From an uncultured Chloroflexia bacterium (lineage in GTDB: Bacteria; Chloroflexota; Limnocylindria; Limnocylindrales; CSP1-4), in assembly GCA_963704325.1 (NCBI GenBank), contig OY969885.1:2286770-2350769 (forward strand): DNA of 64,000 nucleotides, in the 5' to 3' direction. Shown piece after piece: positions 11,959 to 25,819 of this stretch (its first letter is position 1; every line of letters begins with the position of its first letter). Made by a program: the position numbers and the translations under genes. The notes beneath the pieces were generated by a model. It saw only the letters and a list, made by a program, of their open reading frames with translations, did no database searches and was not told the DNA's origin.

Positions 11959-12255
11959 ATGCCCGCGATCGAACCGGCGCCGATCCTTGCCCTGCTCGTC
12001 GGCCTCTTCCACACGGGCTTGTATCTCGTCATACGGGGCTCGGCCGGCTTCCGCCTGCCGTTCGTCGCCCTCGCCGCCGTGCTCGGGGCATATGGCGGGC
12101 AGGCGCTCGGCTCACGCCTGGGTGATCCGGTCCAGATCGGCGACTTCGGGCTCGTCTGGGCGTCGCTCTTCGCCTGGCTGGGAATCATCCTGATCGTTGC
12201 CGCGGCAGCGCTCTCGCCTTCGCGCGCACCGCGCGATGGGACGGTCGAACGATGA
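11959..12255 (+). CDS. small hydrophobic membrane protein, unknown function
   Basis: 98-aa ORF with predicted TM helices. It overlaps the next ORF by 4 nt. Confidence 0.35.
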   Translation: MPAIEPAPILALLVGLFHTGLYLVIRGSAGFRLPFVALAAVLGAYGGQALGSRLGDPVQIGDFGLVWASLFAWLGIILIVAAAALSPSRAPRDGTVER

Positions 12256-12704
12256 CCGGAGACGCGGCCAACCTGATCGTTGCCGTGGCCGCGGTCGCGG
12301 CGCTCGCGGTGCTCGCTCTCGCGGCGTTGCTCGCCGTCGTATCTCTGCGCCGGATGGCGCGCGACGTGGGCCGTCTCGCCCAATCGCTCAACGAGACAGC
12401 CGCCACGCTCAACGAGGAGCTGCCGCCCACCCTGCGCGACCTGCGCGCGACATCGGCCAGCCTGATGCGACTGGCCGAGGAGCTTCCGCCGCGGCTGGAC
12501 CGAATCGACGCGCTGCTGGACGAGGCGGACGCGTCCGTGCATTCATTGCGCGCCACGATCGAGGCCGCAGAAGAGATCGTTCGTGGCCCCGCTGCTGCCG
12601 TGGAGCGCGCCCGGCGATCGGCCAGTGCCGCCGGCCGGAGTCTCGCCCGCGGCGCCGAGAAGCTGGTCAAGTCGGTCGAGGATCGTACCGGCCGCAGCCG
12701 CTAG
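12252..12704 (+). CDS. N-terminally anchored coiled-coil protein (DUF948-like), unknown function
   Basis: 150 aa with one N-terminal TM helix followed by an Ala/Leu/Glu/Arg-rich helical region. Confidence 0.35.
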   Translation: MTGDAANLIVAVAAVAALAVLALAALLAVVSLRRMARDVGRLAQSLNETAATLNEELPPTLRDLRATSASLMRLAEELPPRLDRIDALLDEADASVHSLRATIEAAEEIVRGPAAAVERARRSASAAGRSLARGAEKLVKSVEDRTGRSR

Positions 12705-12754
12705 ACAGTTTGGCCGGCGGCAGGCGGCCGCTTAGAAGTGGCTGGCGCGCGAAG

Positions 12755-15700
12755 TCAGGCCGCGAGCAGGGCCTCCGCCTCGACCGCTTCGGCCTGGATG
12801 CCCAGCTCGCGCAGGATGCTGGCCGCTCGGTTCAGCTTCTCGGCCGCCTCGTCGCGCCGGCCCAGGTCGAGCAGCGCCGATCCCCAGTCGCGTGACACGC
12901 GCGCAGTGAAGGGCCGCGCTTCCATCTCCTCGAAGGCCGTCGCAGCGGCGGAGTAGTCGGCCAGCATCTGGTTCGTGTCGCGCGCTGCCCGCTGCGCCTC
13001 CGTGTTGGCGCGCTTCCAGATCACGTTCGCCTCGCCCCACCGGTCGTTGATCGCCCGCGTCTCCGCCAGCGCCTCATCGAACGGCCGTGCGGTCGAGCCG
13101 AAGTCGCCCATGTTCGCCGCATTGGCGCGCATGTACGCCGCGATGGACGGATTGAAGATACGCATCTCGACGGCGTTGGCCACCTCGCTGCCGCGCTGGA
13201 AGGCGATTTGCGCGTCGCCGAACTTGCCCTGGCGCATCAGTGCGTCGCCAAGCACGAAGTTGCTGGCCACGACACAGGCCGTGGCGCCCGCCTCCTCGGC
13301 CATGTTGGTGCAGCGCTGGGCGAGCGGGATGGCTTCGGCCAGGTTGCCGCGGATCGACTGGACGGTGCTCTCGCCGATCAGCGAATCGAGCTTTGCGATC
13401 AGGTCGCCACGCTCGCCCAGGGCGGTTGCGCGGTGGGCAACCTCGGTCGCCTTGTCGAACTCGCCCAGGCGCGCGTAGCCCATCGCCAGTGCGACGAGCG
13501 CGAAGGCAGAGCCGATGAAGTCATGCTTCTGCTCGAGCAGCGCGGAGGAGGCCTCCAGCTTCGCGACTCCGTCGCGCAGCTGGCCGCTGAACACCTGGAA
13601 CAGCCCCACGATCGACTGCGGCAGTGCGGCGATGGTCGGGTCGTCAAGCTCGACTGCGATCTCGCTCACCCGATCAAGCGCCGCGCGGAGCTGCTGATTG
13701 GTCGCCGAGCTGTCGCCGCGCATCTGCCGCATCAGCGCGATGTGCATCTGTACCTCGGCCTCCAGGCGAAGATCGCCCAGCTGTCGCACAGGATCGGCGA
13801 GGGGCTCCAGGATCCCGAGCACTTCCGCCTCCGGCATGAAGCTGAACCCGGCACGCACGCGGCCCAGGTCGATCTCGATCAGCCTGCGCAGTGCGGTCGG
13901 GTCGGAAGAGTCGACCTGCACCGTGAGCAGGGCGCGCGCCCGGGTGTACAGGTCGACCGCCTCCGTGATGGCGTTGCGCTCGCCGGCAAATTTGGCCGCC
14001 GCGACCAGATATTCGATCGCCTTCTCCGTGTCGCCGGCCTGCTCGTAATGCAGCGCCAGCACGGCCGCGAGCTCTCCAACGCGATCCGGGTAGAGCGATT
14101 CCAGGGCGTGGCCCACTACCTGGTGCAGAGCGCGCCGCTCCTGCTTGAGCAGCGATTCGTACGCGGTGTCCTGGAGCAGCGCGTGACGGAACAGGTACTC
14201 GAGCTCCGGCTCGACGGTGGCAATGCGGATCAGTCCACGCGCTTCGAGCGTATCGAGCTGGAGATCGGGCGGGCGAGCGACGGCGTCGGTCACTTAGGCG
14301 ATCTCCGAACCAGGCCCGGCGGTGGCCAGTACCTCTTGCAGGACGCGCACGGGGAACTGGCGGCCGATCACGGACGCCACGCGCAGGCTGCGCTTGGCGC
14401 TGTCCGGGAGCTGGTCGATGCGCGCCAGCAGCAGCCCGTGCAGTGTTTCCGGGATCTCCACGCGGTAGATGGATTCGTCAGCCGTCCAACCATCGCCCGA
14501 GCGCACGATCGCGCCGCGGCCGATGAGCATCCGGATGACCTCCTCGACAAAGAACGGGTTGCCTTCTGAGCGCTCCAGGATCTGGTTGCGCACCTTCTCT
14601 GGCAGCGATTCGATCTCGAGCAGGTTCGAGACGAGTTCGCGACTGTCCTCGTTGCCGAGCGGCTGGAGGCGGATCTCCGTCATTGCATCGCCGAACAGGC
14701 TGCGCGGCTGGGTCACCAGCCGCCAGCCGGGTGCGTCCGTCTCCGCCCGGCCCACGAAGAGCATCAGGACCGGCATCGTCGTGAGCAGCGGGACAAGCTG
14801 GGCCATCACTTCTACCGACGCGGGATCTGCCCAATGGATGTCCTCCAGCACGAGGACGAGCGGCCCTTCGGCGGTCAGGGCGCGCACAACACGCGCCAGT
14901 GCCGCCACATAGCGGCCCTGAAGCGTCTCCGGGTCCAGCTGGACCCGTTCGGCCTCGGCGACAGAGAGCGGCAACGCGAAGAGATGGGCGAGGTACGCCA
15001 CGACGTCTGACGCGTCCTCCCCGAGGAGCGAGCTCAGGCGTTCCTCGAGCGCAGGACGGAGGTCCGTCTCGGTTCCGGCCAGGGGCAGGTCGAGCATGGA
15101 GCGCAGCAGGTCCAGGACGAGGTGGTAGGGCAGGCCGCGACCGTATGTGACACATCGCCCTTCGACCCAGCCGCGCTGGGCAGCTCGGCCCTCCGGCCCG
15201 CCGCGCTGAACCAGGGCGCGCAGCTCGGCCAGCAGGCGCGTCTTGCCCAGACCCGGCTCACCGAGCAATGCTGCAAGCCTGCCCCGCCCGGCTCCGGCCA
15301 CGGTGTGCAGCTGGCGCAACGTGTCCAACTCTGTTGCACGGCCCACCATGGGACTGGACAGGCCGACTGATTCCAGTCCTCGTCGTCGGCCCGGCGTGGC
15401 GCGCAGGCCAAGCACGCGGTAGAGGCGCACGGCATCCGCCTTGCCCTTCAGCTCGACGTCACCCAGGTCCGCGAAGTCGAACGTGGTGCTCACGAATTGC
15501 TGCGTGGCGCCTGAGATGACGACGCTGCCCGGCTCGGCCGACGACTGGACCCGGGCGGCGACGTTGACCGCGTCGCCCAGCGCGGTGTACTCGTAGCGCA
15601 GGTCGCTGCCCACGTTGCCCACGATGACCGGGCCCGTGTTCACGCCCGCCCGGATCCGAAACTCGATGCCATGCTCCTGCTTCAGCTGGCGGGCGAACTC

Positions 15701-16186
15701 GTCCGTCTCGCGGACCATGTCCAGCGCGGCCCGGACTGCTCGCTCGGGATCGTCCTCGTGCGCGACGGGTGCCCCGAAGAAAGCCAGCAGCGCATCGCCC
15801 TGCAGCTGAGCGATCGTGCCCTCATATCGAAAGATGGCCCGGGACATCAGCTCGAAGGCTTCGTTGATGATCTGCGTCCAGTCCTCGGCGTCCATCTGCT
15901 CGGCCAGGCTGGTCGAGCCGACAACATCGGCGAACAGCGCCGTGACCGGCTTTCGCTCGCCGGTCAGCTTGGCGGCGCGCATCTTCTCGATCAGGGGCGC
16001 CGGGATCGCGGCGGCGATCAGCGCCTGACGATCGCCGGTCGCGGCGTTGGCGGCGGCACTGGGCGGCTGCAGCGACGCGCCGCAGGTTGCGCAGAACCGG
16101 GCGTCCGCCGGCACCACGGCCGCGCAGCGCGGACAGCTTGACCCCCCAAACTGATCCGTCATCTGGCTCCATGTTACGTCGCGCAC
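12755..16186 (-). pseudogene. zinc-ribbon / class III adenylate-guanylate cyclase / P-loop NTPase / TPR signalling protein, split by one in-frame TAA (14294-14296)
   Basis: The two minus-strand ORFs 14294-16186 and 12755-14293 are contiguous and in the same frame. The N-terminal ORF holds a zinc ribbon (CPRCAAVV..CATCG), the CHD cyclase core (ALFADVVGSTSL...GDALLAFFG...GVNTGPVIVG) and the P-loop GEPGLGKTRLL. The C-terminal ORF is the TPR/helical domain. The combined 1143 codons match the intact paralogue at 55888-59412. Confidence 0.7.
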
Positions 16187-16275
16187 CCATGTCCCAGATG
16201 CGGAGGCCGCTGCGTGCCCGACTGCGACGTCGTGGGCAATCCGGCGCCGAGCGTCCCTTTCGTTACTCTTAGGCC

Positions 16276-19092
<2,817 letters not shown>

Positions 19093-19096
19093 CCAC

Positions 19097-20359
19097 GTGG
19101 CCTTCTGGCGCCGATTTCTACAACGATCAGAGGACGACAGGCTTGCCGCCTGCACCGCGCTCGATGTAGGCACGGAGTTCGCCAAGGCGCTCGTCTTCGA
19201 GGTCACCCCTGACGGCGAGGCGATCGTGCGCGGCGTGGGCCGCCAGCGCCAGGGCCTGGCGCACATGCAGTCGGGCACAGTGGCTGACATCGGTGCCGTG
19301 GTGGACAACTGCCATGCCGCGCTGTCGGAGGCGGAGGAGATGGCCGGCTTCCGCTCGGACCAGGTCATCATCGGCATCGCGGGTGAGCTCGTTAAGGGCT
19401 TCACTACCGGGGTCAGCCAGGAGCGAAAGAGGCCCGATCAGCAGATCTCTGCCCGCGAGCTTGATCACCTGATCGAAACGGTCCAGCGCGAGGCACTCAA
19501 GGAAGCCGAGCGGACGGTCACCTGGGAAACCGGCCTGCCCAACGTGGACATCCGTCTGGTCCATGCCGCCGTGACCGGCGCCACGATCGACGGCTACGCG
19601 GTAACCAACCCGGTCGGATTCCACGGCCGCCACGTCCGGATCAGCATCTTCAATGCCTTCGCGCCGCTCGTTCACCTTGGCGCGCTGCAGACGGTGGCCG
19701 CCAACCTGGACCTGGAGCTGGTGGCCATCGTGGCCGAGCCGTACGCCGTCGCGCGCTGCATGGACGACGACCAGGTTCAGCAGGCTGGAGCACTGTTCAT
19801 CGACGTGGGCGGAGGAACTACGGACATCGCCCTCGTGCGCCAGGGCGGCATTGAGGGCACGCGCATGTTCGCGCTGGGCGGGCGCGCCTTCACCAAGTCG
19901 CTCGCCGACCGGCTGGAGCTGCCCTTCGCCCGGGCCGAGGAGATCAAGGTCGATTTCGTCAAGGGCGTCCAGGTGGAGCGCGCAGACGAGGTGGCGCAGA
20001 TCATCGGCGAGGACACTGCCGTCTGGGCGGCCGGCGTTGAGCTCGTTCTGGAGGAGTTCTCGAAGACAGGCATGCTGCCCGGCCGGCTGTACCTGTGCGG
20101 TGGCGGCGCGCGGCTACCGCAGCTCGCTGCGGCGCTGCGCGATCCCGGGTTCTCGCGCCACCTGCCGTTTGCGCGCCCGCCGCAGGTCGAGGCGATCACC
20201 GTCACTGAAGTCGCCCAATTGCGCGACGTGACCGGGCTGCTCGTGGACGAGCAGGACATTCCGCCCATGGCGCTCGCCCACCAGGCAATCGAGATGAGCA
20301 TGCCCGAGTCACCGCTCGACGGCGCCCTGCGTCGCGTCCTTCGCCAGATGAAGGTCTAG
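19097..20359 (+). CDS. FtsA-like actin-fold ATPase (ASKHA superfamily)
   Basis: 420 aa. The phosphate-1 motif is ALDVGTEFAKALVFE. An FtsA-type 1C insertion is present. Phosphate 2 / adenosine motifs are FIDVGGGTTDIALV...LGGRAFTKSLA...AEEIKV. The gene lies outside any dcw cluster, 5 nt after alaS. Confidence 0.55.
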   Translation: MAFWRRFLQRSEDDRLAACTALDVGTEFAKALVFEVTPDGEAIVRGVGRQRQGLAHMQSGTVADIGAVVDNCHAALSEAEEMAGFRSDQVIIGIAGELVKGFTTGVSQERKRPDQQISARELDHLIETVQREALKEAERTVTWETGLPNVDIRLVHAAVTGATIDGYAVTNPVGFHGRHVRISIFNAFAPLVHLGALQTVAANLDLELVAIVAEPYAVARCMDDDQVQQAGALFIDVGGGTTDIALVRQGGIEGTRMFALGGRAFTKSLADRLELPFARAEEIKVDFVKGVQVERADEVAQIIGEDTAVWAAGVELVLEEFSKTGMLPGRLYLCGGGARLPQLAAALRDPGFSRHLPFARPPQVEAITVTEVAQLRDVTGLLVDEQDIPPMALAHQAIEMSMPESPLDGALRRVLRQMKV

Positions 20360-20409
20360 GTCGTGGATGACGCCTGTCGGCTAACGGCAGTCATGGCCGC
20401 CGCCCGCCG

Positions 20410-22020
20410 ATGACGGTCTGCTACCTGGAGGTTGATGACGAGGTAACGAGTGCGATCAACCGCGTCCGCGGCGTGGCCGATGGCGAGGTCATCCTCGTCG
20501 TCCCGCCCGGCTCGCGCATCGCCACCAGCCGCATCAACTTCAAGCTCATCGTGCGCGAGGCAGCCCAGCGCCAGCTCAACGTGGCCGCGGTGAGCGACGA
20601 GCCGCAGGTACGGGCGATGGCGATCTCTGCCGGCCTGCCCACGTACGACACGCTCGCCGCCGCGCAGATGGCGCTGATCAGCTTCAACGACAACGACCGC
20701 CGGCTCGCCGCGCGCATCGGCAAGGCGGCTGACGTTCCGAACGCGACGATGGTGCTGCCGGGCATGCCGCGCCAGCGCTCGGCCGTTTCGGCAGAGACAA
20801 CCGTCCAGCCCGCGAGCGCCAAGGATCGGGCGTCCGTGGCCGCGGCGCGCCGCCGGGCCAGCCGACGCCGTGTGGGCCTGGCGCCGTTCGTGGTTCTCGG
20901 CCTGCTCGCTCTGCTCGTGGGCGGCGTGGCCTACGGCGCGTACGTCTTCCTGCCCACGGCCACGATCACCATCACGCCCGCGACATCAACGACGCGCTTC
21001 CAGGAGTTCTCCGTTGCGGCCGATCCGGCGGTCGCCGTGAGCGATGTCGCAGCCGGCATCGTGCCCGCCCAGAGATTGGAGCTGCCGATCCACGTCCAGG
21101 GCGACTTCCCGGCCACCGGCGTCCAGACGCGTGAGACTCGATCGGCGGGCATCGTCCGCTTCCGAAGCGAGAACACGCTCAACGACGTTGCCATTCCGGC
21201 CGACACGGTGGTCCGGACCCTGGACGGCATCGAGTTCGTGACGGAGCAGCCGGTGACTGTCGCGCGCGCCTCGTTCCAGAGTGGCCCGAGCACGGCAGAG
21301 GTGCCCGTGCGCGCCGTTCGGCCGGGACCCCGCGGCAACGTCCTTGCTGACGCGATCAGCGAGGTGCCCAACTCGCTCGCAGCGCAGCTGATCACCGTGC
21401 GCAACCCGCAGCCCACGGACGGCGGACGGCGCATTGAAGAGCAGATCGTCACCCAGGAGGACTACGACGCGGCCGTCGCGGACCTCGCGGCGCAGCTGCC
21501 CGATGCGCTGGCCAGTGTCGTGGCCGACCCGAACCAGATACCGCAGGGGCTGAGAGCCTTCGTCGAGACGGCCGAGCTGGGCGAGGCCACACCAGCTCAG
21601 CCGCCCAACGCCGTGATCGATGTCGTGGCGCCCATCTTCAGCCTGGGCCTGAACGCCAGCGCGGAGCTGCTCGCGGTCAACGAGACGCTCGTCGACGAGC
21701 TGGCCGCCGAGCGCGTAGGCGACCAGCTCGAGGCCGACCAGCGTGTCGTGGGCGAGCAGGTCCAGAGTGGGCGCTCGGCGGGCCGGGTGATTGGCGATTC
21801 GATCGTCTACGACATCACGCCAACCGCGCTCGTCTATCGCCTGCCAGAGACATCCGGGGTCGTCAATCTGGTGCGCGGGCTGACGATTGCCGAAGCCGAG
21901 CAGGCCCTGGCGCGTTACGGTCGCGTGGACATCGTGATCTGGCCCGAATTCGTTGATCGCATCCCAGACCAGGCCGCGCGCATCAGCGTGACGGTGGCTC
22001 CGCCGGTGGCCCGGACGTGA
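20410..22020 (+). CDS. bitopic membrane protein, unknown function
   Basis: 536 aa. It has a ~190-aa N-terminal cytoplasmic domain, one TM helix (FVVLGLLALLVGGVAYGAYVF) and a ~340-aa beta-rich extracytoplasmic domain. Its stop overlaps the ruvX start. Confidence 0.45.
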   Translation: MTVCYLEVDDEVTSAINRVRGVADGEVILVVPPGSRIATSRINFKLIVREAAQRQLNVAAVSDEPQVRAMAISAGLPTYDTLAAAQMALISFNDNDRRLAARIGKAADVPNATMVLPGMPRQRSAVSAETTVQPASAKDRASVAAARRRASRRRVGLAPFVVLGLLALLVGGVAYGAYVFLPTATITITPATSTTRFQEFSVAADPAVAVSDVAAGIVPAQRLELPIHVQGDFPATGVQTRETRSAGIVRFRSENTLNDVAIPADTVVRTLDGIEFVTEQPVTVARASFQSGPSTAEVPVRAVRPGPRGNVLADAISEVPNSLAAQLITVRNPQPTDGGRRIEEQIVTQEDYDAAVADLAAQLPDALASVVADPNQIPQGLRAFVETAELGEATPAQPPNAVIDVVAPIFSLGLNASAELLAVNETLVDELAAERVGDQLEADQRVVGEQVQSGRSAGRVIGDSIVYDITPTALVYRLPETSGVVNLVRGLTIAEAEQALARYGRVDIVIWPEFVDRIPDQAARISVTVAPPVART

Positions 22021-22481
22021 CCCGCCTGCTGGGCGTGGACCTGGGCACGCGGCGGATAGGTTTGGCCGTGGGCGACACTGCCACGGGTGAGGTCAAGCCG
22101 CTCGCCACGCTGCGCCGCGCGCCGTCTGTCGCGCGCGACGCGGAACGGTTCGTGCGCTTCATCGAGGAGCAGCGCATCCAGGAGCTGATCGTGGGCCTGC
22201 CGCTCAACATGGATGGCAGCGAAGGCGGCCAAGCGGCCGAAACCCGAGAGTGGGGAGTGGCCATCGCCGCGCTGCTCCCGGTGCCCCTCGGTTGGCGCGA
22301 TGAGCGCCTCACAAGCGCGGCGGCCGAGACCCGCACCGGGCCCGCCCGGCGCGGCCGGTCGGGTGGCGCGCCCTCGCCCGCGGCGCGCAACGCCCACCGC
22401 GCGCGGATCGACCGCGAGGCTGCGGCGAACATCGTGCAGGCCGAGCTGGACGCGCGCGCGGCCGCGTCAGGCCGCTCATGA
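22017..22481 (+). CDS. ruvX: Holliday-junction resolvase-like nuclease RuvX (YqgF)
   Basis: The motif LLGVDLGTRRIGLAVGD is typical of the YqgF/RNase H fold. The gene sits directly upstream of mltG. Start is GTG at 22017. Confidence 0.8.
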   Translation: MTRLLGVDLGTRRIGLAVGDTATGEVKPLATLRRAPSVARDAERFVRFIEEQRIQELIVGLPLNMDGSEGGQAAETREWGVAIAALLPVPLGWRDERLTSAAAETRTGPARRGRSGGAPSPAARNAHRARIDREAAANIVQAELDARAAASGRS

Positions 22482-23917
22482 CTGAACGCTTCTCGGGCCG
22501 CACGCCAGACGACCGCAGCCGCCTGCCGCGACGCGACCGCGCTCAGGTGGAGGCGCACGTGCGCAGCCGCGAGCGGCACGTGGCCGCGGCCGAGCAACGG
22601 GCACGCGAGCGCCAGCTACAGGCGTCCGTCCGTGGCCTGCCGGTCCGCTCGCGCTCCAAGCCGCGCTCGACCCGGCGCTGGGCGATCGTGCTCGCGACGC
22701 TGGTCAGCCTCGTGCTCATCGGCTGGGTCGTCCTGCCGCCCGTCTTCGGCGGCCTGCTCCGATCAATGGCCGAGGGCAACCCCGACCTGCTTCGCTTCGG
22801 CGTCGTGTCAGAGGCGGTCGGCGCGGTCATGGGCGACCGGCCTGACCAGCCGGCGGGCACGGATCCGGCTCCGGTCGAATTCGTCGTCGCGCCCAGCACG
22901 GGCAACCGCGAGATTGTTGATGCGCTGCTCGAGCGCGAGTTGGTGACCGACGAGCTCGCCTTCTACTGGGTCCTGTCCACGGAGGGCGGCCTGGACAACC
23001 TGCGTGCCGGCACGCACACGCTCAATCGGACGATGTCGCCACGGCAGGTGGCAGCCACGCTGCAGGGCGTGCCGCCGCCGAGCAATGGGGGAGTGCCGAT
23101 CGCGTTGCGCGCGGGGCTGCGCCTCGAACAGATCGTGGCCTATCTGCAGACGCTGCCGCTCGACAACCTGGACATAACTGTGTTCTACGAGCGCGCCACA
23201 ACGCCGGATGCGGCGCTGCGCGAACAGTTCGAGTGGCTGAGCGTGATCCCGGAGGGAGCGAGCGTGGAGGGCTTCCTGGGCTCGGGCCTGTTCGACGTAC
23301 CGCTCGACATCGATGCCCAGGGCATGCTCGAGCTGCTTCTCCAGCGCTGGCAGGACAGCCCGTCGTTTGCCCTGATCGAGCAGGCCCAGGTCGAGGGCAA
23401 GGACTTCTACGAGATGGTCATCCTGGCCTCGATCGTGGAGCGTGAGGCGATCCTGGACGAGGAGCGTCCGCTGATTGCCGGCGTCTATCAGAATCGGCTC
23501 GACGGCCTGCTCCCGACGCGCCTGCTCAACGCCGACCCGGTCGTCATCTACGCCAAGGACACGATGGCTCTGCGCGACCAGCACATCATCGAGTGGCCCG
23601 ACTTCACCTTCTGGACGCTCGAGGGGCTGGGCAGCGTGGCCGCTTTCGAGGTCACGCCAGACCTGGCCGGATACCAGGTCTACCGATCACGTGGCCTGCC
23701 TCCGGGCCCGATCGCGACGCCCAGCACGGCCTCGCTGGAGGCCGCGCTCCAACCCGACCAGGCCGAGGAATACCTTTATTTCCTGGCCAAGGGCGACGGC
23801 ACCAACGCGCACGCCTTTGCGCGCACGTACGAGGAGCACTTGCAGAACATCGACATCTACTTCCGCGGCGGCGCAACGCCAACGCCGGGCCTGCCCACCG
23901 CGGTGCCGGCGACATGA
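22478..23917 (+). CDS. mltG: endolytic murein transglycosylase MltG (YceG family)
   Basis: One N-terminal TM helix is present. The YceG core LASIVEREA...YNTY-like...LPPGPIATPSTASLEAAL is recognisable. Confidence 0.8.
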   Translation: MTERFSGRTPDDRSRLPRRDRAQVEAHVRSRERHVAAAEQRARERQLQASVRGLPVRSRSKPRSTRRWAIVLATLVSLVLIGWVVLPPVFGGLLRSMAEGNPDLLRFGVVSEAVGAVMGDRPDQPAGTDPAPVEFVVAPSTGNREIVDALLERELVTDELAFYWVLSTEGGLDNLRAGTHTLNRTMSPRQVAATLQGVPPPSNGGVPIALRAGLRLEQIVAYLQTLPLDNLDITVFYERATTPDAALREQFEWLSVIPEGASVEGFLGSGLFDVPLDIDAQGMLELLLQRWQDSPSFALIEQAQVEGKDFYEMVILASIVEREAILDEERPLIAGVYQNRLDGLLPTRLLNADPVVIYAKDTMALRDQHIIEWPDFTFWTLEGLGSVAAFEVTPDLAGYQVYRSRGLPPGPIATPSTASLEAALQPDQAEEYLYFLAKGDGTNAHAFARTYEEHLQNIDIYFRGGATPTPGLPTAVPAT

Positions 23918-25123
23918 CGCTCGGCGAAGCGATGCTGACGGCCCCAACCGCACACGACCTGGAGCGCTGGCGCGCCGCGGACGCCCTTGCTCGCCCGCAG
24001 CGCCTCGCGCGGCTGCGCGAGCGGATGGAGCGTGAGGGCGTCCAGGCCTACTTCGGCGTCAGGCGCGAGAACATCCGCTACCTGACTGGCTTCGTGCTGG
24101 CCGAAGGGGAGGAGAAGTCCGCCGGCAACTCCGGCCAGTTCCTGGTCTCGGCCACGGATCTCGTCGTGCTGGCCGACTCGCGTTACACGATCCAGGCCGC
24201 AGAGGAATGTCTCGAAGCGCGCGTGGAGCCTGTCTATCAGGACTTCGTTGCGCGCTGGCCCGAGCTGCTTTCCTCGCTCGGTGTCACTAGCCGCGTGGCG
24301 GTGGAGGCTGGCTTCGTCAGCCATGCCGCATGGCAGCGGCTTGCCGCCGCCGTTCCGACTGTCGAGCTGGTCGCCGCCGAGAACTGGGTGGAGGATCTTC
24401 GCCAGACCAAGGAGCCGTCCGAGATCGAGCGCATCGCGGCCGCCTGCGCCGTGGCCGACGCTGCACTGAAGCGCCTCCTGCCCGCGATCCGGCCGGGCGC
24501 GATCGAAGCCGACCTGGCCCTCCAGCTCGAGTGGGAGATGCGCACCAACGGCGCGGAGGCGCTCGCCTTTGACGTTACCTGCCTTTCCGGTCCGCGCGCC
24601 GCTCTGCCGCACGGGTCGCCCGGCGCACGCCAGGTGGCGCTCGGCGAGGTGCTCCTGTTCGACTTCGGCGCGCAGGTCTGCGGCTACCGCTCTGACATGA
24701 CGCGCACCCTGTTCGTGGGCCAGCCGCGGCCCAGGGACCTGGAGATCTACGGCGTCGTCGCGCGTGCTCAGCAGGCCGCCATCGATGCGCTCGCGCACGC
24801 CCTGGCGGCCGGCGAGCGTCCGGCCGGACGCCCGATCGACGAGGTCGCGCGGGCGATCATCAGGGACGCCGGCCACGGCGACCACTACGGGCACAGCCTG
24901 GGTCACGGGATCGGCCTGGCGACGCACGAGCTGCCCAGCCTTGGGCCGTCAGCACCGCCGAGCGCCGCTGACCTCGCCGACGGTCTTCTCGGTCGAGCCG
25001 GGCATCTACCTCGAGGGCGAGATGGGCGTGCGCATCGAGGACCTGGTGCTGTTCGATGCCGGAGCGCGGCGGACAGAGCTGCTCACCCGATTCCCGCGCG
25101 ACGTGACCATCGTCGGCGACTGA
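23914..25123 (+). pseudogene. pepP: Xaa-Pro aminopeptidase (M24 family), one frameshift near 24960-24990
   Basis: The creatinase N-domain plus M24 metal ligands (DFGAQVCGYRSD, HSLGHGIGL) lie in ORF 23593-25140. The final 45 aa (PTVFSVEPGIYLEGEMGVRIEDLV...) are in a second frame, 24764-25123. Confidence 0.75.
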
Positions 25124-25149
25124 GTCGGTTCGTCCGGTAGCATTCGGAC

Positions 25150-25706
25150 GTGATTTCGACCGGCGATCTGCGCCGGGGATCGTCATCGAGATCGATGGCG
25201 AGATCTGGCAGGTGCTCGAGTACAACCACATCAAGATGGGTCGCGGTTCGGCCCAGGTGCGCATCAAGCTGCGCAACATCCGACGTGGGCAGACGGTGGA
25301 GCGCACCTTCCAGGCGGGCGAAAAATGGCCGCGCGCATTCCTCGAGACGCGCCAGGTCCAGTTCCTCTATCGAGATGGGTCCGACTTCCACTTCATGGAC
25401 ACGACTTCATACGAGCAGTTCTCACTGACCGAGGAGAAGCTGGGCGACGCTGCGCAGTACCTGACTGACGGCATGATGCTCGACCGCACTTCGTATGAAA
25501 CAGAGACCATCGGCGTCGAGCTGCCCGTGTCCGTTGAGCAGAAGGTGGTCGAGACGGAGCCCGGCTTCGCCGGCGACACGCAGAGCGGCGCGCGCAAGCC
25601 GGCGACGACCGAGAGCGGCCTCGTCGTACAGGTGCCGCTGTTCGTCCAGGCGGGCGACACCATTCGCGTCGACACGCGCAACGGCGAGTACCAGACCCGC
25701 GTCTGA
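25150..25706 (+). pseudogene. efp: elongation factor P, one frameshift near 25180-25215
   Basis: The ORF starting GTG at 25150 encodes MISTGDLRRG. The rest (LEYNHIKMGRGSAQVRIKLRNI...) continues in ORF 25212-25706. Confidence 0.8.
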
Positions 25707-25819
25707 CCGCTCGCCGACCTTTGAGGGCGGGATAGCCTAGGCGCGTGAGAGAGCAGGGCGCGGAGAAGCCGCTCGTGGATCCGCTTCGCCCGAATTCCGA
25801 GGCGGCCAGCCTGCCGATC

